Shown: one piece after another, positions 30,269-40,124 of the stretch
Layout: each line of letters opens with the position of its first letter
Numbering within the stretch: position 1 is the stretch's first letter
DNA from: Methanothrix sp.
Lineage (GTDB): Archaea; Halobacteriota; Methanosarcinia; Methanotrichales; Methanotrichaceae
Length of the DNA stretch: 64,000 nucleotides
Direction: 5' to 3'
Assembly: GCA_040770465.1 (NCBI GenBank)
Contig: JAXGJB010000002.1
Span: forward strand, 50,591-114,590
Notes under the pieces: generated by a model
The model's database searches: none
Told to the model about the DNA's origin: nothing
Seen by the model: the letters and a program-made list of their open reading frames with translations, nothing else
Made by a program: the position numbers and the translations under genes

Positions 30269-31084
30269 TCAATCCCATATCGACTCCAGGTGGAGCCGCT
30301 CTCTTTTTATAACCCGGACCTTGTCCTCCGTTGACAAGGTCTCGGGAAATTTCTTGTCGTCCAGCTCCAGGGTCAGGGGCCCTCTGTATCCAGCGTCCCG
30401 GAGAGCCGTCAGGACGTCGTCTGCAGATCCAGAGCTTGCGGGGAGGTGGCGAACCCCGTTGATAGTGGTGCTGACGTGGACGTTTTGGATCCGATCTCCC
30501 AGGGCCTCGACGAAGGCCATCGCCCTGGACGAAGGGGGCGTAGCGTGGGAGATGTCGAGGGTCATACCGATGGGAAATTGGCCGAGAAATGAGGCCATCT
30601 CGTCGGGATCTGCGCAGAGGTTCCAGGGGGCTGGTTCCAGGTTCTCGATGGCCAGCAAAACTCCCCTCTCTTCGGCCCGGCCCAGGCAGGCGTCCAGATA
30701 TCGGCGGAGCTTCTCTCGCTCCGCCTCACGCGCGGGCCGCTTCGCCGTCCTCTTGCCGGGATGGACGACCACCAGCTCCGCGCCCAGAAACTCCGCGAGG
30801 TCGATGGCCCGGAGAGACTCTGTGATCGTCGCCGTGCTGACGAGGTCGTTGTAGGATGAGGGGTTGAGGTCCATGACGGGGGCGTGGAGGGTCGTTATCC
30901 GCCCTCCAAGCTCTCTATTGATCAGCTTTGCCTGCTCTCTTCGCCTCCCCCCCTCCCAGTACCAGGGGGTCTCGGCCCAAAACTCCATCTCTTCGAGCCC
31001 CGCATCGCGGATCACCACCGCCATCCTTCCGGGATCCAGATCCCAGAGGAACATTGAGGAGACGGAGACTCTCGCCACCCTCAT
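30269..31084 (-). CDS. Sugar phosphate isomerase/epimerase family TIM barrel
   Basis: TLHAP, VVHPG, AIENL, TLDISH, NVHVS, LTLE metal ligands. Confidence 0.88.
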   Translation of the reverse strand: MRVARVSVSSMFLWDLDPGRMAVVIRDAGLEEMEFWAETPWYWEGGRRREQAKLINRELGGRITTLHAPVMDLNPSSYNDLVSTATITESLRAIDLAEFLGAELVVVHPGKRTAKRPAREAEREKLRRYLDACLGRAEERGVLLAIENLEPAPWNLCADPDEMASFLGQFPIGMTLDISHATPPSSRAMAFVEALGDRIQNVHVSTTINGVRHLPASSGSADDVLTALRDAGYRGPLTLELDDKKFPETLSTEDKVRVIKRERLHLESIWD

Positions 31085-31359
31085 CGCCTCAGGTCTTCAA
31101 TCAGCTTCTCGATCCTCGCGAGCCGCTCCATCTGAACCTGCATCCGGCGGAGGAGGATCGGGGGCGCCTCGGCGGCGGCGGTGCACTGGTCGGTCCAGCC
31201 GTCCACCTCTCGCGTGACCATCTCGACCATCCTCTCGACCTCTTCGGTGAGCCTCCCCTCCTCTCGGAGCCGCTCGACCCCGTCCCTCACCGCCTCCTGG
31301 GCCTGAGCCGTCTTCAGCAGCACGAGGTTCAGCTCCGCCTCTATCCGAGCCTGGTCCAC
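31081..31359 (-). CDS. Hypothetical helical protein
   Basis: 92-aa ORF, ATGA-coupled to the downstream gene, host codon usage. Confidence 0.65.
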   Translation of the reverse strand: MDQARIEAELNLVLLKTAQAQEAVRDGVERLREEGRLTEEVERMVEMVTREVDGWTDQCTAAAEAPPILLRRMQVQMERLARIEKLIEDLRR

Positions 31360-31425
31360 CTTCCGCCCTCCACTCTTTGCATGAGATCCGAAGCCCTTCG
31401 GCCACGGGCGACTCCAGTCCCGCCT

Positions 31426-31779
31426 TCAGCTCGACCCGAGCTTCACTATCGCCTCGGCCAGGTCCCCGGAAGCCTCTTTGAGGGCATCCCTTGCCTCCTG
31501 GGGGCTGCATCCGGTCTGGGCCACCACCAGGTCTACGTCGGAGTCGGGGATCGAGACCTCGCGGAGCCTCTCCTCGGCGGTGCCCACCACCTGGTACGAC
31601 CTGTTGCCCTGGGCGTCCATCACCGTGACCGACGCGTCCAAAAAGAAGATCTCCCGGTCCGGGGTCCTGATTATCACCTCTTCGACCCCCTCGATCTCCT
31701 CGATGCTGATCCCCATCTGCTTCATCATCTGCTTCATCTTCTTGGGGCTTACCCCTTTGCCACCGATGCCTGGGAACAT
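31426..31779 (-). CDS. nac: Nascent polypeptide-associated complex protein
   Basis: PKKMKQMMKQMGI, VEEVII, SYQV, C-terminal UBA DVDLVVAQT..GDLAEAI. Confidence 0.95.
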   Translation of the reverse strand: MFPGIGGKGVSPKKMKQMMKQMGISIEEIEGVEEVIIRTPDREIFFLDASVTVMDAQGNRSYQVVGTAEERLREVSIPDSDVDLVVAQTGCSPQEARDALKEASGDLAEAIVKLGSS

Positions 31780-32110
31780 GATCAAACTTAAGCGGGCCAT
31801 CTTTAGTAAACCTATCTGTGGCCCCCCGATCGAGTCAAAAGCCCCCTCTTATTCCGCTAGCTCCGCAAAATTCCGGCCGTCTGGTGGGCCGTAGAGCGGC
31901 CTCTACTGAGAATAATTCTGGAATATGGGGGGGTTGGCTGGAAAAACTCGGCTGCAAAATCTGTCGACGGGAAAAATGTTGCCGTTGTGGGATTCTATCA
32001 TGGTTAATCATAAATATCATTATTTTAAATGGAAACGGATATATGCTATGCGGTTGTAGATGTTCCAGTCGAATCTTTTCGGCCTGTAAGGTAAATAGGA
32101 GGGAATTAAT

Positions 32111-32740
32111 ATGGCATCAGAAATGGGTGGAGGAAGGGCGAAGGACATAATGCATCTTGGCCCTCTGGACATAAGAGACACAACGTCAAACCCGGCGCCC
32201 CTTGGTCTGATGGGCTTCGGCATGACGACGGTCCTCTTGAACATGCACAACGCTGGCTGGTTTGAGCTCGGCTCCATGATCCTGGCCATGGGACTGTTCT
32301 ACGGCGGCATCGCTCAGATCATCGCCGGGATTATGGAGTGGAAGAAGGGAAACACCTTCGGAACCACGGCTTTTACTTCTTATGGGCTATTCTGGCTCAC
32401 CCTTGTAGCTCTTATCTTGATGCCCAACACCGGATGGGCGGCTGGGACGAAGACGTCGGAACCTGCATTGATTGCGTACTTCTTCATGTGGGGGCTATTC
32501 ACCTTCTACATGTTCATAGGCACCCTGAGGCTGAACAGGATCCTTCAGATCGTCTTCCTCACCCTGACGATCCTCTTCTGGCTCCTGGCCATCAGGGACT
32601 ACACCGGCAGCGCCACCATAGCCACCATCACCGGCTACGAGGGGATATTCTGCGGCTTTACCGCCATATACGCCGCATGCGCCCAGGTCCTCAACGAGGT
32701 CTACGGCAGGACGGTCCTGCCCATAGGGCCGATGAAATAG
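32111..32740 (+). CDS. Acetate uptake permease (GPR1/FUN34/YaaH, SatP/Ady2 family)
   Basis: Signature [26 protein letters not shown], six TM helices. Confidence 0.95.
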   Translation: MASEMGGGRAKDIMHLGPLDIRDTTSNPAPLGLMGFGMTTVLLNMHNAGWFELGSMILAMGLFYGGIAQIIAGIMEWKKGNTFGTTAFTSYGLFWLTLVALILMPNTGWAAGTKTSEPALIAYFFMWGLFTFYMFIGTLRLNRILQIVFLTLTILFWLLAIRDYTGSATIATITGYEGIFCGFTAIYAACAQVLNEVYGRTVLPIGPMK

Positions 32741-32773
32741 CCGGATATAGCCTGAGATGAATTTGAGCCTAAG

Positions 32774-33064
32774 ATGAATCGAACAGCATCAAACCTGCTG
32801 GTCGACGTCATCTCTTTTCTTGCTTTTTTGGCGTCGACCGTCTCAGGTCTTGTCCTCTGGTTGGCTCTCCCAGGCGGAGGATACGGGTTTCGCGGCGGCA
32901 GAGCCGCGGCGGTGGAGCATCTCTTTTTGGGCCTGTCCCACCAGGAATGGCTGACCATTCACCTTCTGACGAGCCTGATATTTGTTGTCCTCATCGTCAT
33001 CCACATAGCCCTCCACCGGCGCTGGATCAGAAACCTGGGCAAGATGGTTGGAAGACGTCAGTAG
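32774..33064 (+). CDS. DUF4405 family small membrane protein (possible heme-b ligating His)
   Basis: SGLVLW...WLTIH..SLIF....IHIALH..WI. Confidence 0.8.
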   Translation: MNRTASNLLVDVISFLAFLASTVSGLVLWLALPGGGYGFRGGRAAAVEHLFLGLSHQEWLTIHLLTSLIFVVLIVIHIALHRRWIRNLGKMVGRRQ

Positions 33065-33256
33065 ACCGCCTTCAATCATCGATCCTCTTTCTGCTGCCCT
33101 TCGGCTGGAGATCGTCCTCTTTAAGGGACGATCACAGGCCACCCGAAGTCCACCGCCCCGAAATCCAACCCCAAAGAACCTTATATTCTGACGACCTTTA
33201 GAATATCTGGTGTATTGGTCATGATGCATTCTGGAGATAGAATCAAGGGCGGAGAT

Positions 33257-34117
33257 ATGCCGATCGACCTGATAGAGAAGGTCGACGTCATGTTGGATCA
33301 GTTCATGGGGATCGTGGACAACCTGGTGGTGGAGCGGAAGATCCAGAGGGGTGTCGTCCGGAGCCAGAACCCCAGCAGCATCGTGGCGGTCTTGGACAAG
33401 GCCACTCTCTACATCCTGGCCCAGAACCATGCCGGCGCCCTCTCCACCATGTACACATACCATCCCGATAAGCAGATCTCCGAGCAGAAGGCGATCAGCA
33501 GCGCGCGGTGGGAGTTCGGGTATGAAGACCCCCTGATGATCGTCTTCCCCAAAGTGGTCCTCGACCAGACCGACGGGGAGAGAAGGGACATCCTCCGGGT
33601 GATCGCCCTCTCCCACGTGGAGTCCGAGGTTCTGAGAGCCATAGACCTCATGAGCCTGATGCAGATCAGGCCTCTCTTCGGCCACGCCTCCTACATAGTG
33701 GACGATCGAACGGCATCGGTCCTCGTCCCCCTCACCGACGAGGGGGACGACCTCTACGACGATGCGGTGAAACCGGCCCTGGAACGGGCGGGGCTCATCC
33801 CCCGGAGGGCCCTGGAGTTCGGCGACGATGAGGAGAAGCTGAAGGCCATCTGGAGGGACGTATGCAGGTCCAGGATGGTGGTGGTCGACCTGACGGGAGC
33901 TGACCCCATGGTGATGTACGAGCTTGGGATCGCCCATGCGGTCGGAAAAGAGTCGCTCGTCCTCTGCCGTCGGGGAAGCTGCCCCAAATTCCCGGAGAAG
34001 CTGATCCGGGCCAACTTACTGGAGTACGATGACGGCGAGGACGGTATGGTCAAGCTGAGGGCGGATATGGCCGAGGTCCTTTTCCAGATGATCAACCCGG
34101 TGATGGGCTCGGATTGA
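33257..34117 (+). CDS. Hypothetical protein with C-terminal nucleoside deoxyribosyltransferase-like domain
   Basis: YDDAVKPAL...VVVDLTGADPMVMYELGIAHAVGK. Confidence 0.7.
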   Translation: MPIDLIEKVDVMLDQFMGIVDNLVVERKIQRGVVRSQNPSSIVAVLDKATLYILAQNHAGALSTMYTYHPDKQISEQKAISSARWEFGYEDPLMIVFPKVVLDQTDGERRDILRVIALSHVESEVLRAIDLMSLMQIRPLFGHASYIVDDRTASVLVPLTDEGDDLYDDAVKPALERAGLIPRRALEFGDDEEKLKAIWRDVCRSRMVVVDLTGADPMVMYELGIAHAVGKESLVLCRRGSCPKFPEKLIRANLLEYDDGEDGMVKLRADMAEVLFQMINPVMGSD

Positions 34118-34202
34118 TCGTCATAAAATTTGGGCGCTTGGAGATCATCTAGATCATCTCTTAGCGCCCTCCCATCTTTCTTCTCTTTTAATCCAACGGC
34201 GG

Positions 34203-34763
34203 CTAGCACGACTTCTTCATCGACAGGTAGACTCTGGCGAACTCGGTGTTCACCCCGACCACCTCGTCGTTGAAGCCCAAGAGGTTCTCGGGGACGGGGC
34301 CCAGGCCGTCGGCCTTCTCCTGAGAGTCGACGACCGACCCAGGCGGGACGAACTTTCCGTCCGCGAGTTTTACTCCCACCACCAGAGAGAGATGGCCCAC
34401 GAAGCACTTCTTGCCCAGGGTCGAGGCGTGAACTACGGCGTTGAAGCCGACGAAGCTCTCGTCTTTGATCTCCAGAGGCCCGTGGACCACCGCGCCGTGG
34501 GCGATGGATACCCGTCGCCCAAGCCTTATGCTCGTCCCCTCGAGGCCGTGGAAGACCGCGCCGTCCTGGACGTTGCACTCGTCCCCGATGATTATCGGCG
34601 TCGCCTCGTCGGCCCGGACGGAGGCCCCGGGGGCGATGTAGACCCTCTCTCCGACCCGCACGTCTCCAATGACTGAAGCTGCCTCATCGACGTAAGCTGT
34701 TCTGGCGATGGTGGGCATCGATTCGGCATCGTTCCAGGAAGTTCTCGGATTGGCTCTGATCAT
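34203..34763 (-). CDS. Gamma-class carbonic anhydrase
   Basis: Hexapeptide repeats; RADE, NVQDG, FHGLE, AHGAVVHGP metal His ligands. Confidence 0.92.
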   Translation of the reverse strand: MIRANPRTSWNDAESMPTIARTAYVDEAASVIGDVRVGERVYIAPGASVRADEATPIIIGDECNVQDGAVFHGLEGTSIRLGRRVSIAHGAVVHGPLEIKDESFVGFNAVVHASTLGKKCFVGHLSLVVGVKLADGKFVPPGSVVDSQEKADGLGPVPENLLGFNDEVVGVNTEFARVYLSMKKSC

Positions 34764-35179
34764 CCAAATTCACCGACCTCTAACTTACCTTCTAAGATAA
34801 AAGGCATTATCATCAAAGACCGTGGCCATTATCATGGGTCAGATCAGTATAAAAACGCCACCGCGAACTAAATAATATAAATCTCTGATAATCACCATCC
34901 TATTAGGGATACTTCCGGACCAATAATGCCAACTGAAGGCAGGATAGTCGTCTTTTGAGCGTCAGTCAATGGCCTGTATTTTATATAGGTAACGGATAAT
35001 CGGGATAGTTAGCGGTAATTTTAAATAGATAGCACGCTCCTATAAAATAGCCCCACAAATCTTTGGTATGACGTCCTCTGGGAGGGAGGCGCCAATTGGG
35101 GAAGTATCTTTCAGCAGTTCGTATGTACGAATGATGTTATCTCGAAAATCTAGCTTTTGACATACGGGGTGTTAAATAG

Positions 35180-36442
35180 ATGGGAGAAAGTGGACACATA
35201 CTGGGTATGGAGGCTGAAAAGGGCCGATGGCTATTTGTCATCATCGGCATGATAATCAACCTCTGTTTAGGTAGTATCTATTCGTGGAGCGTCTTTAAAG
35301 CGCCGCTTAAAGCCTTTCTTGAGACCATTGGTCCAGAGGTGAGCGCTTCAGAGCTGCAATTGCCGTTTATGATCTTTCTTGCGTTCTTCGCGGTGGCAAT
35401 GGTCCTTTCTGGGGGCTTTATCGAGAAGTACGGTCCTCGCAAGGTCGTTATTGTCGGCGGGGTTCTGACGGGCCTTGGATGGCTCTTGGCATCCATGGCA
35501 AGTTCGATAATGATAATGACCGTGACCTACGGGATAGTGGGCGGGATCGGCGTCGGGATAGCCTACGGCGTCCCCGTGGCCATGTCCGGCAGATGGTTCC
35601 CCGACAAGCGTGGGCTTGCGGTGGGGCTCACCGTTCTTGGCTTCGGCTTTTCGGCCTTCTTCACCGCGAATATAGCGAACGTCCTCATCGCCTCCAGCGG
35701 TGTGATGCAGACATTCCGGATCTTTGGGATAGCCTTCATCATAATCATGGTGGTTCTGGCGACGCCCCTAGTCTTCCCGCCCGCTGGCTGGAAGCCCGCT
35801 GGCTGGACGCCGCCGGCGCCGAAGCCCGGTGCTGGAGCCTCTTGTGAATTAAAGCGGCAGCAGATGCTCAAAGAAAAGTCCTTCTACGGCCTATGGCTCT
35901 GCTACTTCATAGGATGCCTGGCCGGTCTTATGGCCATCTCCATCTCCGCCGACGTGGCGGCAGAGGTGGGGACAGATGCAGTGGCGGCCCTGCTTTTGGG
36001 ATTCTCTCCCGTCGGGTTCTTCGCCATATTCAACGGCGGCGGGCGGCCGGTCTTCGGAACCCTCACCGACAAGCTGACACCCAGAAACGCGGCGATCGTC
36101 TCCTTCGTGCTGATCATCTTTGCGTCGCTGATCATGAGGCAGATGCAGACCGCCCCGGTGTACATACTGGCATTCGCCATCCTTTGGGGATGTCTAGGCG
36201 GCTGGCTCGCCATAGCGCCCACCTCCACAGCATCCTTCTTTGGGACGGGCGATTATCCTCGGTGTTACGGCGTGGTTTTCCTGGCCTACGGTGCGGGGGC
36301 CCTGGTGGGTCCGATGATGGCGGGTTGGATCAAAGACGCAACTGGAAGCTTCATCGGAGTTTTCCCGTATATTATCCTCTTGGCGGCTGCTGGAATCGTC
36401 ATAGCCTTCCTCATGATGAAGCCCCCCGTGGCGAAGGAGTGA
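35180..36442 (+). CDS. MFS transporter, oxalate/formate antiporter (OFA)-like
   Basis: LGSIYSWSVF, WFPDKRGLAVG, FNGGGR..G.LTDKL, 12 TM helices. Confidence 0.9.
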   Translation: MGESGHILGMEAEKGRWLFVIIGMIINLCLGSIYSWSVFKAPLKAFLETIGPEVSASELQLPFMIFLAFFAVAMVLSGGFIEKYGPRKVVIVGGVLTGLGWLLASMASSIMIMTVTYGIVGGIGVGIAYGVPVAMSGRWFPDKRGLAVGLTVLGFGFSAFFTANIANVLIASSGVMQTFRIFGIAFIIIMVVLATPLVFPPAGWKPAGWTPPAPKPGAGASCELKRQQMLKEKSFYGLWLCYFIGCLAGLMAISISADVAAEVGTDAVAALLLGFSPVGFFAIFNGGGRPVFGTLTDKLTPRNAAIVSFVLIIFASLIMRQMQTAPVYILAFAILWGCLGGWLAIAPTSTASFFGTGDYPRCYGVVFLAYGAGALVGPMMAGWIKDATGSFIGVFPYIILLAAAGIVIAFLMMKPPVAKE

Positions 36443-36671
36443 TCTCGCCATCAAAGAGAATGGAGGTGATAGATACAGGCCGATGGCTGGAGCCCCGGGG
36501 AGGACGCGGCGATGGGCGCCGCATCACCCCGGCCCGTCCATGCCGAGCCGCGATCCGGTTCTGTTGATCTGATATTTTCCTGGTTTTCCTGGCCCGCTCC
36601 GGCGGTCCATATCTTCTCTTTTCAGGGTTTCGCGAAAGATATTAAATGAAATTCCGCCATAATATCTCGCC

Positions 36672-37547
36672 ATGTTCAAGCTCGGAGAATACGACGAGTT
36701 CGATGCTGCGGAGATCGCTGACTATCTCAAAGAGGCTGGGGTGAAGGTCGATCTGAGACCATCGATCTCCGCCGTCATGGATAGCGCCGTCTACTTGGAG
36801 GGGAGGAAAAGCCAGCTTGTGGAGAGGATCGAGGATTTTGAGGTCTACGATCGGTATATAGAAGCTCTGAAGACCGCCATAGCTGAGGGGCTCGAGGGGG
36901 AGGAGTTCACGGATCGGTACCTCTGCCACCTGGACCCTTCCTGGAAGGGGAAGATGGACGAGATCGCCGAGTTCATGGGAGAGGGTTCCATTGCCCTGGA
37001 GGGGGAGCCCGGATCGCCCGATGAGATTATCGATCGAGCGGCCGAACTTTTTGAGATGCTCGAAGCCCTCCAATTTCTGGATGGGGCCATCGAGCTGAAC
37101 GAGATCGAGATCGGAAAAGGCGCCAATGTCGAGCTCGGCGACGACCCGCTATTGAGGATAGCCGTTGAATCCGACTCTTGCGACCCCGAAGACGAGCTGA
37201 CGAAGGCAGTCCTCTCGGTCCACCTCGAAAAGACGGTCGAAGTCCGGCTGGACGAGCTGACGACCCCGCTCGCCAAAGATGTAGATGACGAATTCGCGGA
37301 TGAGTACCCCGAGGAGTACTACAAGATCTGTTCGATCGGCATGACCGTCGAACGGCTCCTCGAGCCGCCGGGAGATTCGAACAAGATCGATATTGACGAG
37401 TTCAGTGCCCTCCTCGTCTTCGAAGAGGATATGGAAAATCTGGTCATGACGGTCGACGGGACGGCGGTGGCCGAAGATATCGCGAAGGCGTTGAAGAAGG
37501 AGGGGGTCATCAAGATCAAGGGCGATAAGATCGTCTGGAAGAGATGA
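36672..37547 (+). CDS. Hypothetical highly acidic protein
   Basis: 291-aa ORF with host codon usage; TATA-like ATTAAA about 30 nt upstream. Confidence 0.75.
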   Translation: MFKLGEYDEFDAAEIADYLKEAGVKVDLRPSISAVMDSAVYLEGRKSQLVERIEDFEVYDRYIEALKTAIAEGLEGEEFTDRYLCHLDPSWKGKMDEIAEFMGEGSIALEGEPGSPDEIIDRAAELFEMLEALQFLDGAIELNEIEIGKGANVELGDDPLLRIAVESDSCDPEDELTKAVLSVHLEKTVEVRLDELTTPLAKDVDDEFADEYPEEYYKICSIGMTVERLLEPPGDSNKIDIDEFSALLVFEEDMENLVMTVDGTAVAEDIAKALKKEGVIKIKGDKIVWKR

Positions 37548-37650
37548 GCCGAGCTACGAGCTTGGTCGGACCCTCCGGATTTCAGAAGACGATCGCCCAA
37601 AATCCCAGTAACCGCCGAGACGATCCACGGACCAGAGGTGGCGATTGGCC

Positions 37651-38364
37651 ATGACCCGAAGACGGCTTCCAAAGCTATCACCTGAAGAGAAGCTGGCCGA
37701 GGCGAAGAGGCTCTGTCACGCATCTTGCGCCGAAGGCTGCGTCTTTCTGAAGAGGGAGGGCTTTCATCTAAAGCTCCTGGAGATGAGGCCCCACTGGTCG
37801 GTTCTGAAAAGAGACGAGCAGGAGAGGACCATCGACCGGGGCGAGACCGAGCCCTTCGATATCGCCATCCCCCTCCCGGCCAAAGACCGCGCCGATCCCG
37901 AGAAGACCTCGAAGGGAGTAGACCTGTTCTGGGAGCGGTTTCGATGCACCGGGTGCGGCAGGTGCTGCTATACCCCGGGGGCGGGGCTCTACCTCGAAAA
38001 AGAGGACATGGATCGGATCTGCCGCCACCTGGGCTGGTCGAGAAAGAGGCTTCTCAGCCTCTGCAGGCGCGACAGGGCGACGAAAACCTGGTCTCTCAAG
38101 CAGCCCTGCCCCTTCTACGACCCCGATAAAGGGTGCACCATCTATCCCGCAAGGCCCCTCACCTGCACCCGCTACCCCCTCCACCCGCCTCTGAAGGAGA
38201 TGCCGTACAACCTTGCCGTCGACGCCTTCTGCCCCGCGGCGAGGGAGTTTGTCAAAGAGACTCTGGGGTGGTGGATCGTCTGCGAGACGAATTGGGTCCG
38301 GATCCTCAAGGAGATGGATGAGGCGGAAGGAGCGGATGATATCAGCCGGAGTGAAGCGGAGTGA
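37651..38364 (+). CDS. YkgJ family cysteine-cluster (CxxCxxCC) protein
   Basis: FRCTGCGRCC, CPFY, CTIYPARPLTCTRYP. Confidence 0.88.
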   Translation: MTRRRLPKLSPEEKLAEAKRLCHASCAEGCVFLKREGFHLKLLEMRPHWSVLKRDEQERTIDRGETEPFDIAIPLPAKDRADPEKTSKGVDLFWERFRCTGCGRCCYTPGAGLYLEKEDMDRICRHLGWSRKRLLSLCRRDRATKTWSLKQPCPFYDPDKGCTIYPARPLTCTRYPLHPPLKEMPYNLAVDAFCPAAREFVKETLGWWIVCETNWVRILKEMDEAEGADDISRSEAE

Positions 38365-38425
38365 AGGATGATCAGCTCCGAAGGACGGGATGGCGAACCG
38401 GATCGATCACTTTTTTGGGGGACGG

Positions 38426-39106
38426 TCAGAGAATCTTCTCGTCCACCATGTAATCCACGATATCGCAGAACCCCGGACCGAACTCGAGATCTGAGACGAA
38501 GTCCGACTCCGCCTTCAGCTCAGGGACACCGTTCGCGACGGCCGCCCGGAACCCCGCGACCCTGAACATGGGAAGGTCGCTGATGCTATCGCCCACCGCT
38601 GCCACCTCGTCCCGATGAAGGCCGAGCCGGTCCATCACCCTTTCGAGGGCCCGACCCTTGTTCACCTTTCTCTCTTTTATGTGGACCGCAAACCCGCTGT
38701 CGACGAGGTCGGCTTCGAGCCCCCAGGCCTCCAGAAGGGATGCGGCCTTTGCCACGTTGAAGTTCCCCTCGACGACGAGATCGGTGATCCGATACCGTGA
38801 GTCCATCTTCGATAAGGGGTAGACCTCATTGAGGCGGCGGTACGCCTCCTGGCAGACCGCGGGATCGGATAAGAGCTCCATCTCCCCCTCCCCCCAGGAG
38901 ATGATGCCGCCGTTCTCGGCGATGAAGGTCCTGCTCGCCCCCAGCATGACCGCCGCGGCCCGGGTGAAGCAGTGGACGTTCCCCGTCGCCAGGATCACCT
39001 GGGCGCGGGAGTTGAGCCTTGATATCGCCTCCAACGCCTTCGGAAACAGATGCCTCTTGTCGTCGGTGATCGTCCCGTCGATGTCGAGGGCGACGGCCCG
39101 GATCAA
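38426..39106 (-). CDS. HAD phosphatase (archaeal phosphoglycolate phosphatase type)
   Basis: DIDGTIT, ATGN, AENGG, NKG, VGDSISD. Confidence 0.9.
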   Translation of the reverse strand: MIRAVALDIDGTITDDKRHLFPKALEAISRLNSRAQVILATGNVHCFTRAAAVMLGASRTFIAENGGIISWGEGEMELLSDPAVCQEAYRRLNEVYPLSKMDSRYRITDLVVEGNFNVAKAASLLEAWGLEADLVDSGFAVHIKERKVNKGRALERVMDRLGLHRDEVAAVGDSISDLPMFRVAGFRAAVANGVPELKAESDFVSDLEFGPGFCDIVDYMVDEKIL

Positions 39107-40083
39107 TCCAATAGCCCCGCCGTGGTCACCGAGAAGACCGCCTCGCCGTCGGGGAGGTTCGGCGAGTCAACGAGCCTTGCGATCCTCTTCTCGCCCTTGG
39201 ACTTTCGGAGGTAGATCCTGAATGTGGCGGTGTGGCCGACGATGTGACCTCCCACTGGCTTTGTGGGGTCGCCGAAGAAGGCGTCGGGCTTGGCCATCAC
39301 CTGGTTTGTCACCAGGACTACGGCGTTGTTCAGGTCGGCAAACCGCATCAGGGCGTGGAGGTGCTTGTTCAGCTTCTGCTGCCGGTCGGCCAGGGTCCCC
39401 CGGCCGACGTACTCGGCCCGAAAGTGGGCGGTCAGGGAGTCGACGATCAGAAGCCTCACCGGCTTTCCCGATTTTCTGAGCTTCTCGGCGAGGTCGAGGG
39501 CGCTCTCGGCGAGGAGGATCTGGTGGTTGGAGTTGTAGGCCCTCGCCACGTGGATGTTCCTCAAGAACTCCTCCGGCTCCCAGGGTTGGTCCGGGTCCTC
39601 GGAGGGGGCGAGCCCTTCGACCATCTGGACGATCCTCTCGGGCCTGAAGGTGTTCTCGGTATCGATTATGATGACGGAGCCGTCGAGGCCGCCCAGATCC
39701 AGGGGGAGCTGGACGTTGATCGCCACCTGATGGGCGACCTGGGTCTTCCCCGAGCCGAACTCGCCGTAAAGCTCCACGATCGACTGGGTCTCAAACCCGC
39801 CGCCCATCAGGGCGTCGAAGGTCTCGCTCCCCGTCGTCACCTTCCCGACGAGCTTCCTCCTCTCCATCACCAGGTCGCCGGTCTCAAACCCACCGATGTC
39901 CGCAGCCTGCCTCGCGGAGGCGATGATCTTCGCGGCCGTCGACTCGCCCACGTCGGCGCAGGCCGCAAGCTCTGCGGGCGAGGCCACCGCCAGGGCCTCG
40001 ACGCTGGCAAACCCCGCCTCCCTCAGCTTCTCCGCCGTTGCCGGGCCCACCCCGGAGAGATCTTCCAGTAATACTTCAGCCAT
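39103..40083 (-). CDS. radA: DNA repair and recombination protein RadA
   Basis: Hh[48 protein letters not shown]. Confidence 0.98.
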   Translation of the reverse strand: MAEVLLEDLSGVGPATAEKLREAGFASVEALAVASPAELAACADVGESTAAKIIASARQAADIGGFETGDLVMERRKLVGKVTTGSETFDALMGGGFETQSIVELYGEFGSGKTQVAHQVAINVQLPLDLGGLDGSVIIIDTENTFRPERIVQMVEGLAPSEDPDQPWEPEEFLRNIHVARAYNSNHQILLAESALDLAEKLRKSGKPVRLLIVDSLTAHFRAEYVGRGTLADRQQKLNKHLHALMRFADLNNAVVLVTNQVMAKPDAFFGDPTKPVGGHIVGHTATFRIYLRKSKGEKRIARLVDSPNLPDGEAVFSVTTAGLLD

Positions 40084-40124
40084 ATTTCACCAACCCCTAA
40101 TGGAGCCCTTCGGCTTTAACCCCT

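Noticed and set aside
39103-40083. Intein in RadA (also checked Cdc6)
   Set aside because: Protein lengths are normal and motifs contiguous
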